17,637 nucleotides of DNA from Calditrichaceae bacterium (GTDB taxonomy: Bacteria; Calditrichota; Calditrichia; Calditrichales; JBFXGD01). The DNA lies in assembly GCA_050178385.1 (NCBI GenBank), contig JBFXGD010000063.1, positions 1-17,637 of the forward strand, written 5' to 3'. Position 1 is the stretch's first letter; the number at the start of each line of letters is the position of its first letter. This document shows, piece after piece, positions 1-8,433 of this stretch. The notes under the pieces were generated by a model that searched no databases, was not told the DNA's origin, and was given only the letters and a program-made list of their open reading frames with translations. The translations under genes were made by a program, and so were the position numbers.

Positions 1-387
1 CGTAAAACAGTGCGGGCAATCTTTAGTTGTCGGTGCCGGCGCGGGCTTCTCATCTTCTTTTTTCTTCATGCGATTCATCTGCTTCACCACCATAAATATG
101 GCAAAGGCGATGATAAGAAAATCCAGAATGGTATTGACAAAGACCCCATAGTTAATTGTCGCTGCTCCCGCTTCCTGCGCCGCGGCAAGTGTTTCGTATC
201 CCTTGCCTGATAAATCATAAAATAAATTCGTGAAATCAACATTCCCCATCAGCATACCTATCGGCGGCATGATAACATCTTTTACAAGTGAACTGACGAT
301 TTTTCCAAAAGCCCCACCAATAATGATACCGATCGCCATATCCATTACATTTCCGCGCATGGCAAATTCTTTGAATTCTTTAAACAT
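1..387 (-). CDS. mscL: Large-conductance mechanosensitive channel MscL (3' end outside window), with the start of a C-terminal CxxC Zn-ribbon extension
   Basis: Manual translation from ATG at 387: [44 protein letters not shown]...[52 protein letters not shown]. Canonical MscL N-terminus and TM1/TM2. RBS AAAGGAG at about 394-400. Confidence 0.97.
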   Translation of the reverse strand, partial: MFKEFKEFAMRGNVMDMAIGIIIGGAFGKIVSSLVKDVIMPPIGMLMGNVDFTNLFYDLSGKGYETLAAAQEAGAATINYGVFVNTILDFLIIAFAIFMVVKQMNRMKKKEDEKPAPAPTTKDCPHCFT

Positions 388-607
388 AAAGTTCTCCTTT
401 TAATAATGTGATTGTTTAATTTTGTCTTCTGATTACCGGCAGGTCTTTTCAAATGATATGCCGGCTTTTGTTTCATGATTAACTATTTCGTGTGAAATAT
501 TGTTTATAAACACTTTATGTCAAATCATAAACGATCTGTATATTTAAAATATTTGACAAAACCGCGGCACTTCACCCGCAAATATGGTTATATCGCCCGG
601 GATTTTA

Positions 608-817
608 TTATTGATTTCGCCTTTTCTTCTTTTTTTTATGGGACGGATGTTTCACACCGTCACCCTGAAACGGACTTTTTTCTTTCCCGGAATCAGACAG
701 TAAATTGGATTGCCATCTGAACAGATGACCACAATTTTCGCAAACGACAAACATACCGATCAGCGTATCCGGACTTATCGTTAATTTTCCCGAACATTTT
801 GGACAGATAATTTTCAT
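608..817 (-). CDS. Small Zn-ribbon protein (CxxC-x17-CxxC) with basic tail, about 69 aa
   Basis: MKIICPKCSGKLTISPDTLIGMFVVCENCGHLFRW...KKKKKRRNQ resembles the MJ0042-type zinc-ribbon pattern. ATG at 817 is preceded by GGTGA. The ORF track start at 856 is probably too far upstream. Confidence 0.7.
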   Translation of the reverse strand: MKIICPKCSGKLTISPDTLIGMFVVCENCGHLFRWQSNLLSDSGKEKSPFQGDGVKHPSHKKKKKRRNQ

Positions 818-839
818 AACTTCACCATACACCGGAAGC

Positions 840-855
840 ATCAAATTACCTGCCA
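840..855 (-). promoter_or_regulatory. Candidate sigma54 -24/-12 promoter for the Zn-ribbon gene
   Basis: Minus strand TGGCAGGTAATTTGAT versus consensus TGGCACGNNNNTTGCW: correct spacing, two mismatches including the -12 C to A. Lies just downstream of a sigma54 activator gene. Confidence 0.4.
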
Positions 856-998
856 TTTTTTTCGTCCATCCCGGATTTTTATCGTAAGACTAAAAATATC
901 AATTACTTGGAAGGATATATAATTCAAAACTATGATTACACTTTTTTAAAGATACCGGGGGATATTTCCATATTGAGGGTCTTTTGGCTCGGCAGATC

Positions 999-2363
999 TC
1001 AGTCAAGATTAAATTTTTCAAGCCGGTATCGAAAGGTGTCGCGTGACAACCCTAATAATCTGGCCGCCCGGCTTTTATTCCCCCCCGCTCTTTCCAAAGC
1101 CGACAAAATGAGCTGCTTTTCCACATTTTCCAAAGAAATCCCGTCCACAGGCACCGTCCATTTCCCATCTCCTTTATCACCATCTTTGTGATGCAGTACA
1201 AGATCAGATGATTCTATTCTGCCGGTTTCAATAAATATCATTGCTCTTTCAATCACATTGCTTAATTCACGTACATTACCAGGCCATTGATAGCCTATCA
1301 ACTTCTGTTCCGCTTCTTTGCTGAATCCGGTTACATGTTTTTTGAACTCAATATTAAAAATCTGTAAAAAATGATGAGCTATCAATATGACATCACGGTC
1401 AAGCTCTCTTAAGCCGGGCAGATTTATCGTAACCACTTTCAAACGATAGAGCAAATCTTCTCTAAACTCCCCTTTACCGATCAACTCATCAAGATTCCTG
1501 TTTGTCGCTGCAATCAGACGCACCTTCACATCCTGTTCAGCATTGCTTCCGAGTCTGCGAAATTTTCGCGTTTCAAGAAATGTCAGCAGTTTTGCCTGTA
1601 ATTTCAGAGGCAGTTCACCGATTTCATCAAGGAACAGCGTTCCGCCGTCCGCTTCTTCCAGCAGTCCCTTGCGACTCGCGACAGCCCCCGTAAATGCCCC
1701 CTTCTCATATCCGAACAGCTCCGATTCCAGCAATGTCTCGGGAATAGCCGCGCAATTTATTTCAACAAAGGGCGTTTTGGATTCCTGAGACGAATAATGA
1801 ATCACCTTGGCCACAAGGCTTTTCCCCGTACCGCTCTCGCCGAGAAGCAGAACCGTGGCTGCCGGTATTTGGGAAATTTTCCCAACCATCTGTCTGATTT
1901 TTTCAATAGGTTCTGATTCACCTAAAATACTTGCCGAAAGGAAATCCCCTTTTGCCGCAAGAAAACTTTCCAGCAATAATATTTCGTTTTTTTGCTGAGC
2001 GATTTGTTGTTTCTGAATTGCCGCTTCAGTGGTATCTTCCACCAGACAGAACAAAGGAACTTCAGGATCACCCGTCCGAAAAAAAGAGAGACTAAAATAC
2101 CGCTCTTCCCCATTCGCCAAAACCCGGTTCAGGTATTCGAGAGTAAAGCTTCCTCTTTTCACCGCCAGAATTTCCCGCAGCGTGTTTTCAAGACCAACCG
2201 TTTCCGGCACCAGATCCGTGATCCGTTTTTGTCCCGGCTTCTGGTTCCCCATACAATAATCTGTAAATCCGCTGCCCGAAGAAATTACCACCATCAGATC
2301 GGATAGCCAGGCAAAGCTGAATTTTTTGTATTCAAGGATATTTTCAAAAAAGGATTTATTCAT
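999..2363 (-). CDS. Sigma54-dependent enhancer-binding transcriptional regulator (PAS-like input, AAA+, Fis-type HTH)
   Basis: Walker A GESGTGKS, intact GAFTGA, Walker B LFLDEIGE, FREDLLYRL, WPGNVREL, and C-terminal HTH GNKSRAARLLGLSRDTFRYRL. The N-terminus lacks receiver motifs and ends in PAS-like VEDTTE followed by a coiled coil. Confidence 0.95.
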   Translation of the reverse strand: MNKSFFENILEYKKFSFAWLSDLMVVISSGSGFTDYCMGNQKPGQKRITDLVPETVGLENTLREILAVKRGSFTLEYLNRVLANGEERYFSLSFFRTGDPEVPLFCLVEDTTEAAIQKQQIAQQKNEILLLESFLAAKGDFLSASILGESEPIEKIRQMVGKISQIPAATVLLLGESGTGKSLVAKVIHYSSQESKTPFVEINCAAIPETLLESELFGYEKGAFTGAVASRKGLLEEADGGTLFLDEIGELPLKLQAKLLTFLETRKFRRLGSNAEQDVKVRLIAATNRNLDELIGKGEFREDLLYRLKVVTINLPGLRELDRDVILIAHHFLQIFNIEFKKHVTGFSKEAEQKLIGYQWPGNVRELSNVIERAMIFIETGRIESSDLVLHHKDGDKGDGKWTVPVDGISLENVEKQLILSALERAGGNKSRAARLLGLSRDTFRYRLEKFNLD

Positions 2364-2898
2364 ATTTTACATTTACCAATAATTCCTGGAGCTGCCAAAA
2401 GATATTTTCCACGTTTTCTCCGGTTTTGGCGCTTGTAAGATAAAATTTGTGTTTTCCCGAGGCGGCGATTGAATCCATAAGTTCAAATGATTTTGATTTT
2501 TCTCCGGTCAGATCATTCTTGTTTCCCGCCAGTAAGATCCGCGCGTCCGGATTAATTTCCCGGAAGAATCCGGCTATTTCCGGTATCTTTTCAATCGTCT
2601 CAGGTCTGGTCAGATCGCTCACGATCAGGGCCCCCGACGCGCCCGTATAATAATTTTTCAGCGCGGGTCCGGCCTTCCCGAAACCTTCAATATCCCAGAT
2701 CACAAAATGAAATTGAACCATTCTTCCGTCAGACACGCTTACCGGCGGCAGAATTTTTTGAGATACTTTTACCCCGATGGTTGAGAGATAGCTGTCATCA
2801 AAGATATTATCGACAAACCGTCTTACCAAACTGGTTTTGCCGACTCCAAACATACCCAGCAGACAAATTTTCTTTTTAAGAATTACCGCTTCGTTCAT
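2356..2898 (-). CDS. Rab-like Ras-superfamily small GTPase (prokaryotic Rup-like)
   Basis: G1 GMFGVGKTS, G2 YLSTIG, G3 WDIEG, G4 NKND, G5 TSAK, plus Rab-like YYTGASGALIVSDLT. Stand-alone, 180 aa. Overlaps the next gene by 8 bp. Confidence 0.93.
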   Translation of the reverse strand: MNEAVILKKKICLLGMFGVGKTSLVRRFVDNIFDDSYLSTIGVKVSQKILPPVSVSDGRMVQFHFVIWDIEGFGKAGPALKNYYTGASGALIVSDLTRPETIEKIPEIAGFFREINPDARILLAGNKNDLTGEKSKSFELMDSIAASGKHKFYLTSAKTGENVENIFWQLQELLVNVKYE

Positions 2899-2923
2899 TG
2901 TTGAGATTCAACCCTTAGGTCCG

Positions 2924-4699
2924 TTATTCTATTAAGAACGTGACTCTTCTGTTTAATTCATGCATCTCAGTGCCTGTATCCGATAAAATCGGCTCTTCTG
3001 CCCCTTTTGCGATTACGGTGATCTTCGCTTCCGGAAATCCATGGTTAATCAGATATCGCCGGACATTCTCCGCCCGCTTCATTGACAGATCGTAATTAAT
3101 TTTGTCGGATCCGGATGGATCCGCGTGGCCGATGACCGTAATTCTTGTAAAATTCGCGGTTTTGAGTTTGCCTTCAATCTCGTCAAGAAGATCTATATTT
3201 TTAGCTGTAATGTTCGTTGAACCTGAATCAAAGAGGATTCTCACCGATCGGATGAAATCCGCGGACAGATCTTCCCGATTCTTTACCTTCAGATTGTTTA
3301 TGACCACAGGAAATCGTGTTATCTGTGCGGCCGCGGAACCTATTAGTATTTTATTGTTCCCGGTGGCCGTTTCACCTTCTAAAAAAAGCCGGTTGCCGTC
3401 CACGATAAACCGGATGCCGCCCAGGTCATCTTCTAACTGCCCGGGATAAAGCGCTTTCATTCCAGACCATATTTTTTCCGGCTCAATATCCCGGTTCCTG
3501 ACATTAATATCATTGGATACCTCCTTGACACCGGCCTGCTTTATCATGAGGGACTCTATTTTTTCACGGTCACTCCAGTTCTCCGCCTCACCGGCCAGCG
3601 TGACATGCCGGTCGTTTATCTCAAACCGGATATTGCTCAGAAGCTCCGGATTCTTTTGGCGAAGTTCGTTCAGGCTGGCTTTTAATTCGCTCTCCCTAAA
3701 TTTTTGCGGAATAAAGAAAATCCCCGCGTAAACAATCAGCGCCAGCAGCAGAATGGTCAACAGATACATCAATCCTTTCGGACGCCGGTTCAAATCCTTT
3801 CCGGTACCATCACTTTGCCGTTTCCGGTTGTACTGTTGAAGGAACGATTCCAGATCCGACCGGACCCGGTTAAACGGTTCTGTATCACCCTTAAATTCAC
3901 GGAGAGATTTGAAATATTGTTTATGTAAGTTCTGCTCAAGCTGACGAAGATAATCTTTTAATTCTTTCGGCGGCACGCCCGATGTTACGACCGCAAGATA
4001 GGCATTTCGTCCGTTTTCCAGCAAAATCTGAAGATCGTCATACTGAATTTCACTCAGATCCCGTTCGCTGTTTTCACTAAAGGCCGTCTTCGCGAATTCA
4101 CGGATGGCCGACAGCATACCGCTGATCATATCCTCATCGCCGGAAGCGGAGGATGACCGGTCATGGACATGTGTAAGAAGAAGGCCTGATTCTTTGTGGA
4201 TATAAAATATTTCGTGAATGGTAAATGGAAGTGAATCGGCAAGAACCAGCGCGGCGCTTTCGACTCCGGTAATCCGCGCCTTTAGTTTTTTAAACATCAT
4301 CTCAAAGCTAAGGGCCCGGTCAACGCGCTCATTTACAGTTTTAGCAAGATTCTTCATGGCCTCGGCTATGGACTTCCGGATACTCTGGCCAATCACGGGA
4401 TAAAGAGCGTCAACAATATCTTCCCTCGCGACTTCTATTTGTTTCTTGATGGCTGTTCCCATTACAGGAGCCAGCGCTTCGGCTATCTCGTCTTTTGATT
4501 CGCTTATCTTTTGGGTCAGGAGTCCGGCGATAACAGGATCAAGTGTTTTGATCAGCCAGTTTTTATCGCGCCATTGAACCTGGAACGATTCAATACGGGA
4601 TTCAAGATCGGCTACGCTTTTCAGATTATCCGCCAGTAGAATCCTTCTGAGCTGATCAACGGGATCTTCGGAAGAAGTATACTTTTTCAGCTCAGCCAT
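2924..4699 (-). CDS. Single-pass membrane protein: cytoplasmic helical repeats and longin/roadblock-like domain, TM, two BON domains, OmpA-like peptidoglycan-binding domain
   Basis: C-terminal OmpA motifs ILFDSGS...VIGHADPSGSDKINYDLSMKRAENVRRYL...NRRVTF. BON-like VTLAGEA...GVKEVSNDINV and LFLEGET...VVINNLKV. TM at aa about 309-331. Cytoplasmic IFYIHKESGLLL...DMISGMLSAIREFAK. Confidence 0.88.
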   Translation of the reverse strand: MAELKKYTSSEDPVDQLRRILLADNLKSVADLESRIESFQVQWRDKNWLIKTLDPVIAGLLTQKISESKDEIAEALAPVMGTAIKKQIEVAREDIVDALYPVIGQSIRKSIAEAMKNLAKTVNERVDRALSFEMMFKKLKARITGVESAALVLADSLPFTIHEIFYIHKESGLLLTHVHDRSSSASGDEDMISGMLSAIREFAKTAFSENSERDLSEIQYDDLQILLENGRNAYLAVVTSGVPPKELKDYLRQLEQNLHKQYFKSLREFKGDTEPFNRVRSDLESFLQQYNRKRQSDGTGKDLNRRPKGLMYLLTILLLALIVYAGIFFIPQKFRESELKASLNELRQKNPELLSNIRFEINDRHVTLAGEAENWSDREKIESLMIKQAGVKEVSNDINVRNRDIEPEKIWSGMKALYPGQLEDDLGGIRFIVDGNRLFLEGETATGNNKILIGSAAAQITRFPVVINNLKVKNREDLSADFIRSVRILFDSGSTNITAKNIDLLDEIEGKLKTANFTRITVIGHADPSGSDKINYDLSMKRAENVRRYLINHGFPEAKITVIAKGAEEPILSDTGTEMHELNRRVTFLIE

Positions 4700-5102
4700 T
4701 TTCTACCGCTTCTTCTTTAGTAATGTCATGCTCATTGCCTTTCAGCTTACGCGCGACATCCGCTAAATAAGAACTGACTTCCTCCCTGTCTGTCTTTTCA
4801 CGTCTCAGGTGTTCGATTTTTTCTTCGATAAGCGATAACTTTTCATCAACCGTCCCGAGCAGCTCCGATCCTGATTTATGGATGGACTCTCTTAACTGAG
4901 TGAATTTTTCATTGTTTTTGTTTTCGGCCTGTTGGATCATTTCATTTATTGAAGCGGTCATCTCAGAAAAATTTGTTTTCAGCTCATTCAGCTTTTTCTC
5001 CAGCTTCGAAAATTCTTCCTGAAATTCCCGAAGCTGTTCGCCGAAGATAAGATGACGCACCTGTTCAATATCGCTGGACAACTTTTTTTGATCCCCGCTC
5101 AT
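4692..5102 (-). CDS. Coiled-coil hypothetical protein, first gene of the GTPase operon
   Basis: 136 aa, heptad-rich, N-terminal IEQVRHLIFGEQ. RBS GGGGGG upstream. Overlaps the OmpA-domain gene by 8 bp (ATGGCTGA). Confidence 0.85.
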   Translation of the reverse strand: MSGDQKKLSSDIEQVRHLIFGEQLREFQEEFSKLEKKLNELKTNFSEMTASINEMIQQAENKNNEKFTQLRESIHKSGSELLGTVDEKLSLIEEKIEHLRREKTDREEVSSYLADVARKLKGNEHDITKEEAVENG

Positions 5103-5508
5103 ACATTACCCCCCTGAAGGATGATTAACAGATTTTAGGATTGTCCGTAATCTATAATGATTATTTAAATCTTTTATATAATTATATTTTATGATCGCCT
5201 GTGGAGATATTGAGAGAGAATTCTGATAACCGGATTGACTTATACTCTTAATATATGCGGACAATATGAATTTGATATGATCTATCCCCCTTCAGATTCA
5301 CAAAGACTTCATCCTAAACGCTGTCAAAATGGATTTTATTCTTCCACTTCTGTTTTAAAAACCGAGCGCCGATGAAAAGACGTAATTAATATATAAAACA
5401 ATTCACAGCATTGAAAGAAATTTAATGTAATGGTAAGACAGCCAAAATTTTGCAACAGAGAGTTTCGTCTCGGGATAGTGATGGTCTTATTTAATTATGG
5501 ATAGAAAT

Positions 5509-5541
5509 AAAAAAACCTCCCGGAAAGATCATACCGGGAGG
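5509..5541 (-). terminator. Rho-independent terminator of dcp
   Basis: Minus strand CCTCCCGG-10 nt loop-CCGGGAGG followed by T7, about 20 bp after the stop codon. Confidence 0.85.
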
Positions 5542-5561
5542 CTCTTTAAAGATTATAAAAA

Positions 5562-7661
5562 CTAATTTAATCCGCGTCTTTTTAACAGAGGCTCAATTTT
5601 TGGTTCGGCGCCTCTGAATTTTACATAAAGCGTCATCGGATCATCCGATCCGCCCTTTGAAAGCACATTTTCTCTAAACGCCAGAGCGGTTTTCTGATCG
5701 AACAGCCCGTTCTCCTTAAATGCTTCGAATGCATCCGCATCCAGAACAGCAGCCCAGATATAACTGTAATAACCGGATGAATAACCGCCGGAGAAAATGT
5801 GACGGAAATAAGGGCTTTTGTATCTTGAGACTATTTCCGGTATCAATCCGATTTTGTTCATCGAATTATTTTCAAATTCTGCCGGGTCAAGCTCTTTAGC
5901 CTCGGTCAGAGTATGCCAGTCCATATCCAGGAAAGAAGCGGCAAGATATTCAACCGTGGCGAATCCCTGGTTGAAATGGCCTGAATTTTCCAACTTTTCG
6001 ATCAATTCATCAGGAATCGGTTCATTGGTTTCATAATGCCGCGCGTAGGATCTTAACACTTCAGGTTCCGAAGCCCAGTTTTCCATAATCTGTGAGGGAA
6101 GTTCAACGAAATCCCTCGGAACGGAGGTTCCGGAGATCGTATGATAGGTGCTGTTGGACAGAAGCCCGTGCAGAGCGTGACCAAATTCATGGAACAGAGT
6201 TTCAGCTTCATCAAAACTCAGCAAAGCGGGCTTATCCCCGGTTGGTTTGGAAAAATTGCAAACATTGGCTATAACCGGTGTGACGTCTTTTCCATCCTGA
6301 CGGGACTGCTTCCGGTACGCGTTCATCCAGGCGCCTCCGCGTTTGCTGGCTCTTGGAAAATAATCTGTGTATAAAATCCCAATATGAGAGCCATCCGCTT
6401 CTTTTACTTCAAACGCTTTGACATCCGGGTGATATACGGGAAGGTCCGCCCGTTCTTCAAAGGTAATTCCATAAAGATTTGTGGCGACCGCGAATGCCCC
6501 GTCTCTTACGTTTTCCAGTTTGAAATACGGTCTGAGAGCCGCGTCATCAAGATCATATCTGGCTTTTTTCACTTTTTCCGAATAATACCACCAGTCCCAC
6601 GCTTCCAGCTTAAAATTGTTGCCTTCGGCTTCAATCATCTCCTGCATATCTTTTGCTTCTTTTTTGGCGATAGGAAGCGCCGCGTCCCAGAGCTGATTTA
6701 GTAATTTATAAACACGATCCGGAGTTTTCGCCATATTTTCATCCAGGATAAAATCGGCGTGTGTTTTATATCCGAGAAGATTGGCTTTTTCTACTCTCAG
6801 CGCTGCCATTTTTGCAAGGATTTCTTTGTTGTCCAGTTCGTTTCCATTGTCTCCGCGATTGATATAACCTTTAAACATCTTTTCACGCAGATCTCTTTTT
6901 TCTGAATATTGCAAAAACGGGATTAAGCTCGGCTTATGAAGCGTAAAAACCCATTTTCCTTCATAGCCTCTTTCGGCTGCCGCTTCGGACGCGCCTTTGA
7001 CAACCGACTCCGGGAGCCCCGCGAGATCCTCTTTTTCATCGATCACCAACTCAAACGCGTTATCCTCTTTTAAAATGTTCTCGCCGAACTGCAGGGAATA
7101 CAGAGACAACTTTTCGTTTATTTCGCGGAATCTCGCCTGTTTTTCAGGATCCAGATTTGCCCCGCCGCGCACAAAACCCTTATAATATTTTTCAAGCAGC
7201 GCGGATTGTTCTCCCGACAATCCCAGTTCATCCTTCTTATCATAAACCTGTTTTACCCTCTCAAACAGCTTTGGATTCAGATTTATATCATCATTGTGAC
7301 CCGACAATAACGGCGTGACATCTTTAGCAATCTCCTGCAAATTGTCATTGGTATTTGCAGAAGTTAAGTTGTCGAAGACATCGCTTACTTTTATCAGTAA
7401 CGCGCCGCTCCGCTCCATTGCATCTATCGTATTCTCGAAGGTGGGGGCCTCCGTATTGCTGACAATCGCTTCTATCTCACGCTTCTGCTGTTTCATACCT
7501 TCTTTATAAGCAGGCATAAAATGCTCTTCTTTTATCTTGCTAAACGGCGGAACACCGAAAGGCGTATCATATTCGCTGAAAAATGGGTTGGATTCCTCCT
7601 TTGAGCATGACCAGAGCATTATTCCGACAGCAATAAATGCCAAAGTGAACATCTTCATCAT
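5562..7661 (-). CDS. dcp: M3 family metallopeptidase, peptidyl-dipeptidase Dcp (lipoprotein)
   Basis: TLFHEFGHALH zinc motif, RDFVELPSQIMENW, HIFSGGYSSGYYSY, GGAWM. Lipobox-like LWSC. Confidence 0.93.
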   Translation of the reverse strand: MMKMFTLAFIAVGIMLWSCSKEESNPFFSEYDTPFGVPPFSKIKEEHFMPAYKEGMKQQKREIEAIVSNTEAPTFENTIDAMERSGALLIKVSDVFDNLTSANTNDNLQEIAKDVTPLLSGHNDDINLNPKLFERVKQVYDKKDELGLSGEQSALLEKYYKGFVRGGANLDPEKQARFREINEKLSLYSLQFGENILKEDNAFELVIDEKEDLAGLPESVVKGASEAAAERGYEGKWVFTLHKPSLIPFLQYSEKRDLREKMFKGYINRGDNGNELDNKEILAKMAALRVEKANLLGYKTHADFILDENMAKTPDRVYKLLNQLWDAALPIAKKEAKDMQEMIEAEGNNFKLEAWDWWYYSEKVKKARYDLDDAALRPYFKLENVRDGAFAVATNLYGITFEERADLPVYHPDVKAFEVKEADGSHIGILYTDYFPRASKRGGAWMNAYRKQSRQDGKDVTPVIANVCNFSKPTGDKPALLSFDEAETLFHEFGHALHGLLSNSTYHTISGTSVPRDFVELPSQIMENWASEPEVLRSYARHYETNEPIPDELIEKLENSGHFNQGFATVEYLAASFLDMDWHTLTEAKELDPAEFENNSMNKIGLIPEIVSRYKSPYFRHIFSGGYSSGYYSYIWAAVLDADAFEAFKENGLFDQKTALAFRENVLSKGGSDDPMTLYVKFRGAEPKIEPLLKRRGLN

Positions 7662-7842
7662 CTTAATCCTTTCCGATTTATGAAAGAGTAAATTTCAAAC
7701 AAGATTCTAATATCCGAAATTTTTTAAAAAATACAATTTTAATTGAAACAAACGCTAAACAACGGAATAAGTTGCGTTTCAGACCGCTTAGATTCTATAA
7801 CGCTTTAATCAGGTTAAATTATTTTCAATGTTATTTTTGATC

Positions 7843-7871
7843 TTGACAATTCAAATGGAATTGACGAAAAT
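7843..7871 (+). promoter_or_regulatory. Possible sigma70 promoter for the SRPBCC gene
   Basis: TTGACA (7843-7848), 17 bp spacer, GAAAAT (7866-7871), about 30 bp upstream of RBS GGGGGAG and the ATG. Confidence 0.35.
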
Positions 7872-7903
7872 TTCAAGGGATTGAATTATTAGGGGGGAGT
7901 CCA

Positions 7904-8344
7904 ATGAAATTCAATTTTTTTATCACCATCAATAAAAGTCGCTATGAAGTCTGGAAGATTTTTGACAATCCGGATAATTTATCGAAATGGCAGCCTACTT
8001 TAATAAAATTTGAGCATCAGAGCGGTGATCCAGGAAAGCCCGGCGCGGTATCCATGCTGACCTATAAAGAAAAAGAAGAATTTATTATGCTTGAAACCAT
8101 CACATCCAGAAATGAACCCGAAGAATTTTCAGGCATTTATGAAAATCCGACAGCGCGGACTTCCATGAAAAACACATTCACCGCCATCAACGACAAAACG
8201 ACAAAATGGGATGTGGAAACGGAATTTACATTCAAAAATCCTGTTTCAAAAATACTTTCTCCATTGATGAAAGGCATGATCAGTAAACGCGTGACCGGAG
8301 ACATGAACCGGTTTAAAAAATTCGCCGAGAGTGTAACCGGTTAA
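7904..8344 (+). CDS. SRPBCC (polyketide cyclase/START-like) family protein
   Basis: ITINKSRYEVWKIFDNPDNLSKWQP N-terminal signature and C-terminal helix DMNRFKKFAE. Strong RBS. Confidence 0.85.
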   Translation: MKFNFFITINKSRYEVWKIFDNPDNLSKWQPTLIKFEHQSGDPGKPGAVSMLTYKEKEEFIMLETITSRNEPEEFSGIYENPTARTSMKNTFTAINDKTTKWDVETEFTFKNPVSKILSPLMKGMISKRVTGDMNRFKKFAESVTG

Positions 8345-8433
8345 GTTGAGCCATCATTTTCAGAAACTATGAATTATATTTACCACGATAACCGTTTCAA
8401 TCTGGAAATCAATCACTTGACGGAGAGATACCT

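Noticed and set aside
10..210. 66-aa plus-strand ORF
   Set aside because: Antisense to mscL.
5103..5508. AT-rich 400-bp region upstream of the GTPase operon as an ncRNA or sigma54 autoregulatory promoter
   Set aside because: No correctly spaced -24/-12 motif or stable structure found by eye; most likely an ordinary promoter region.
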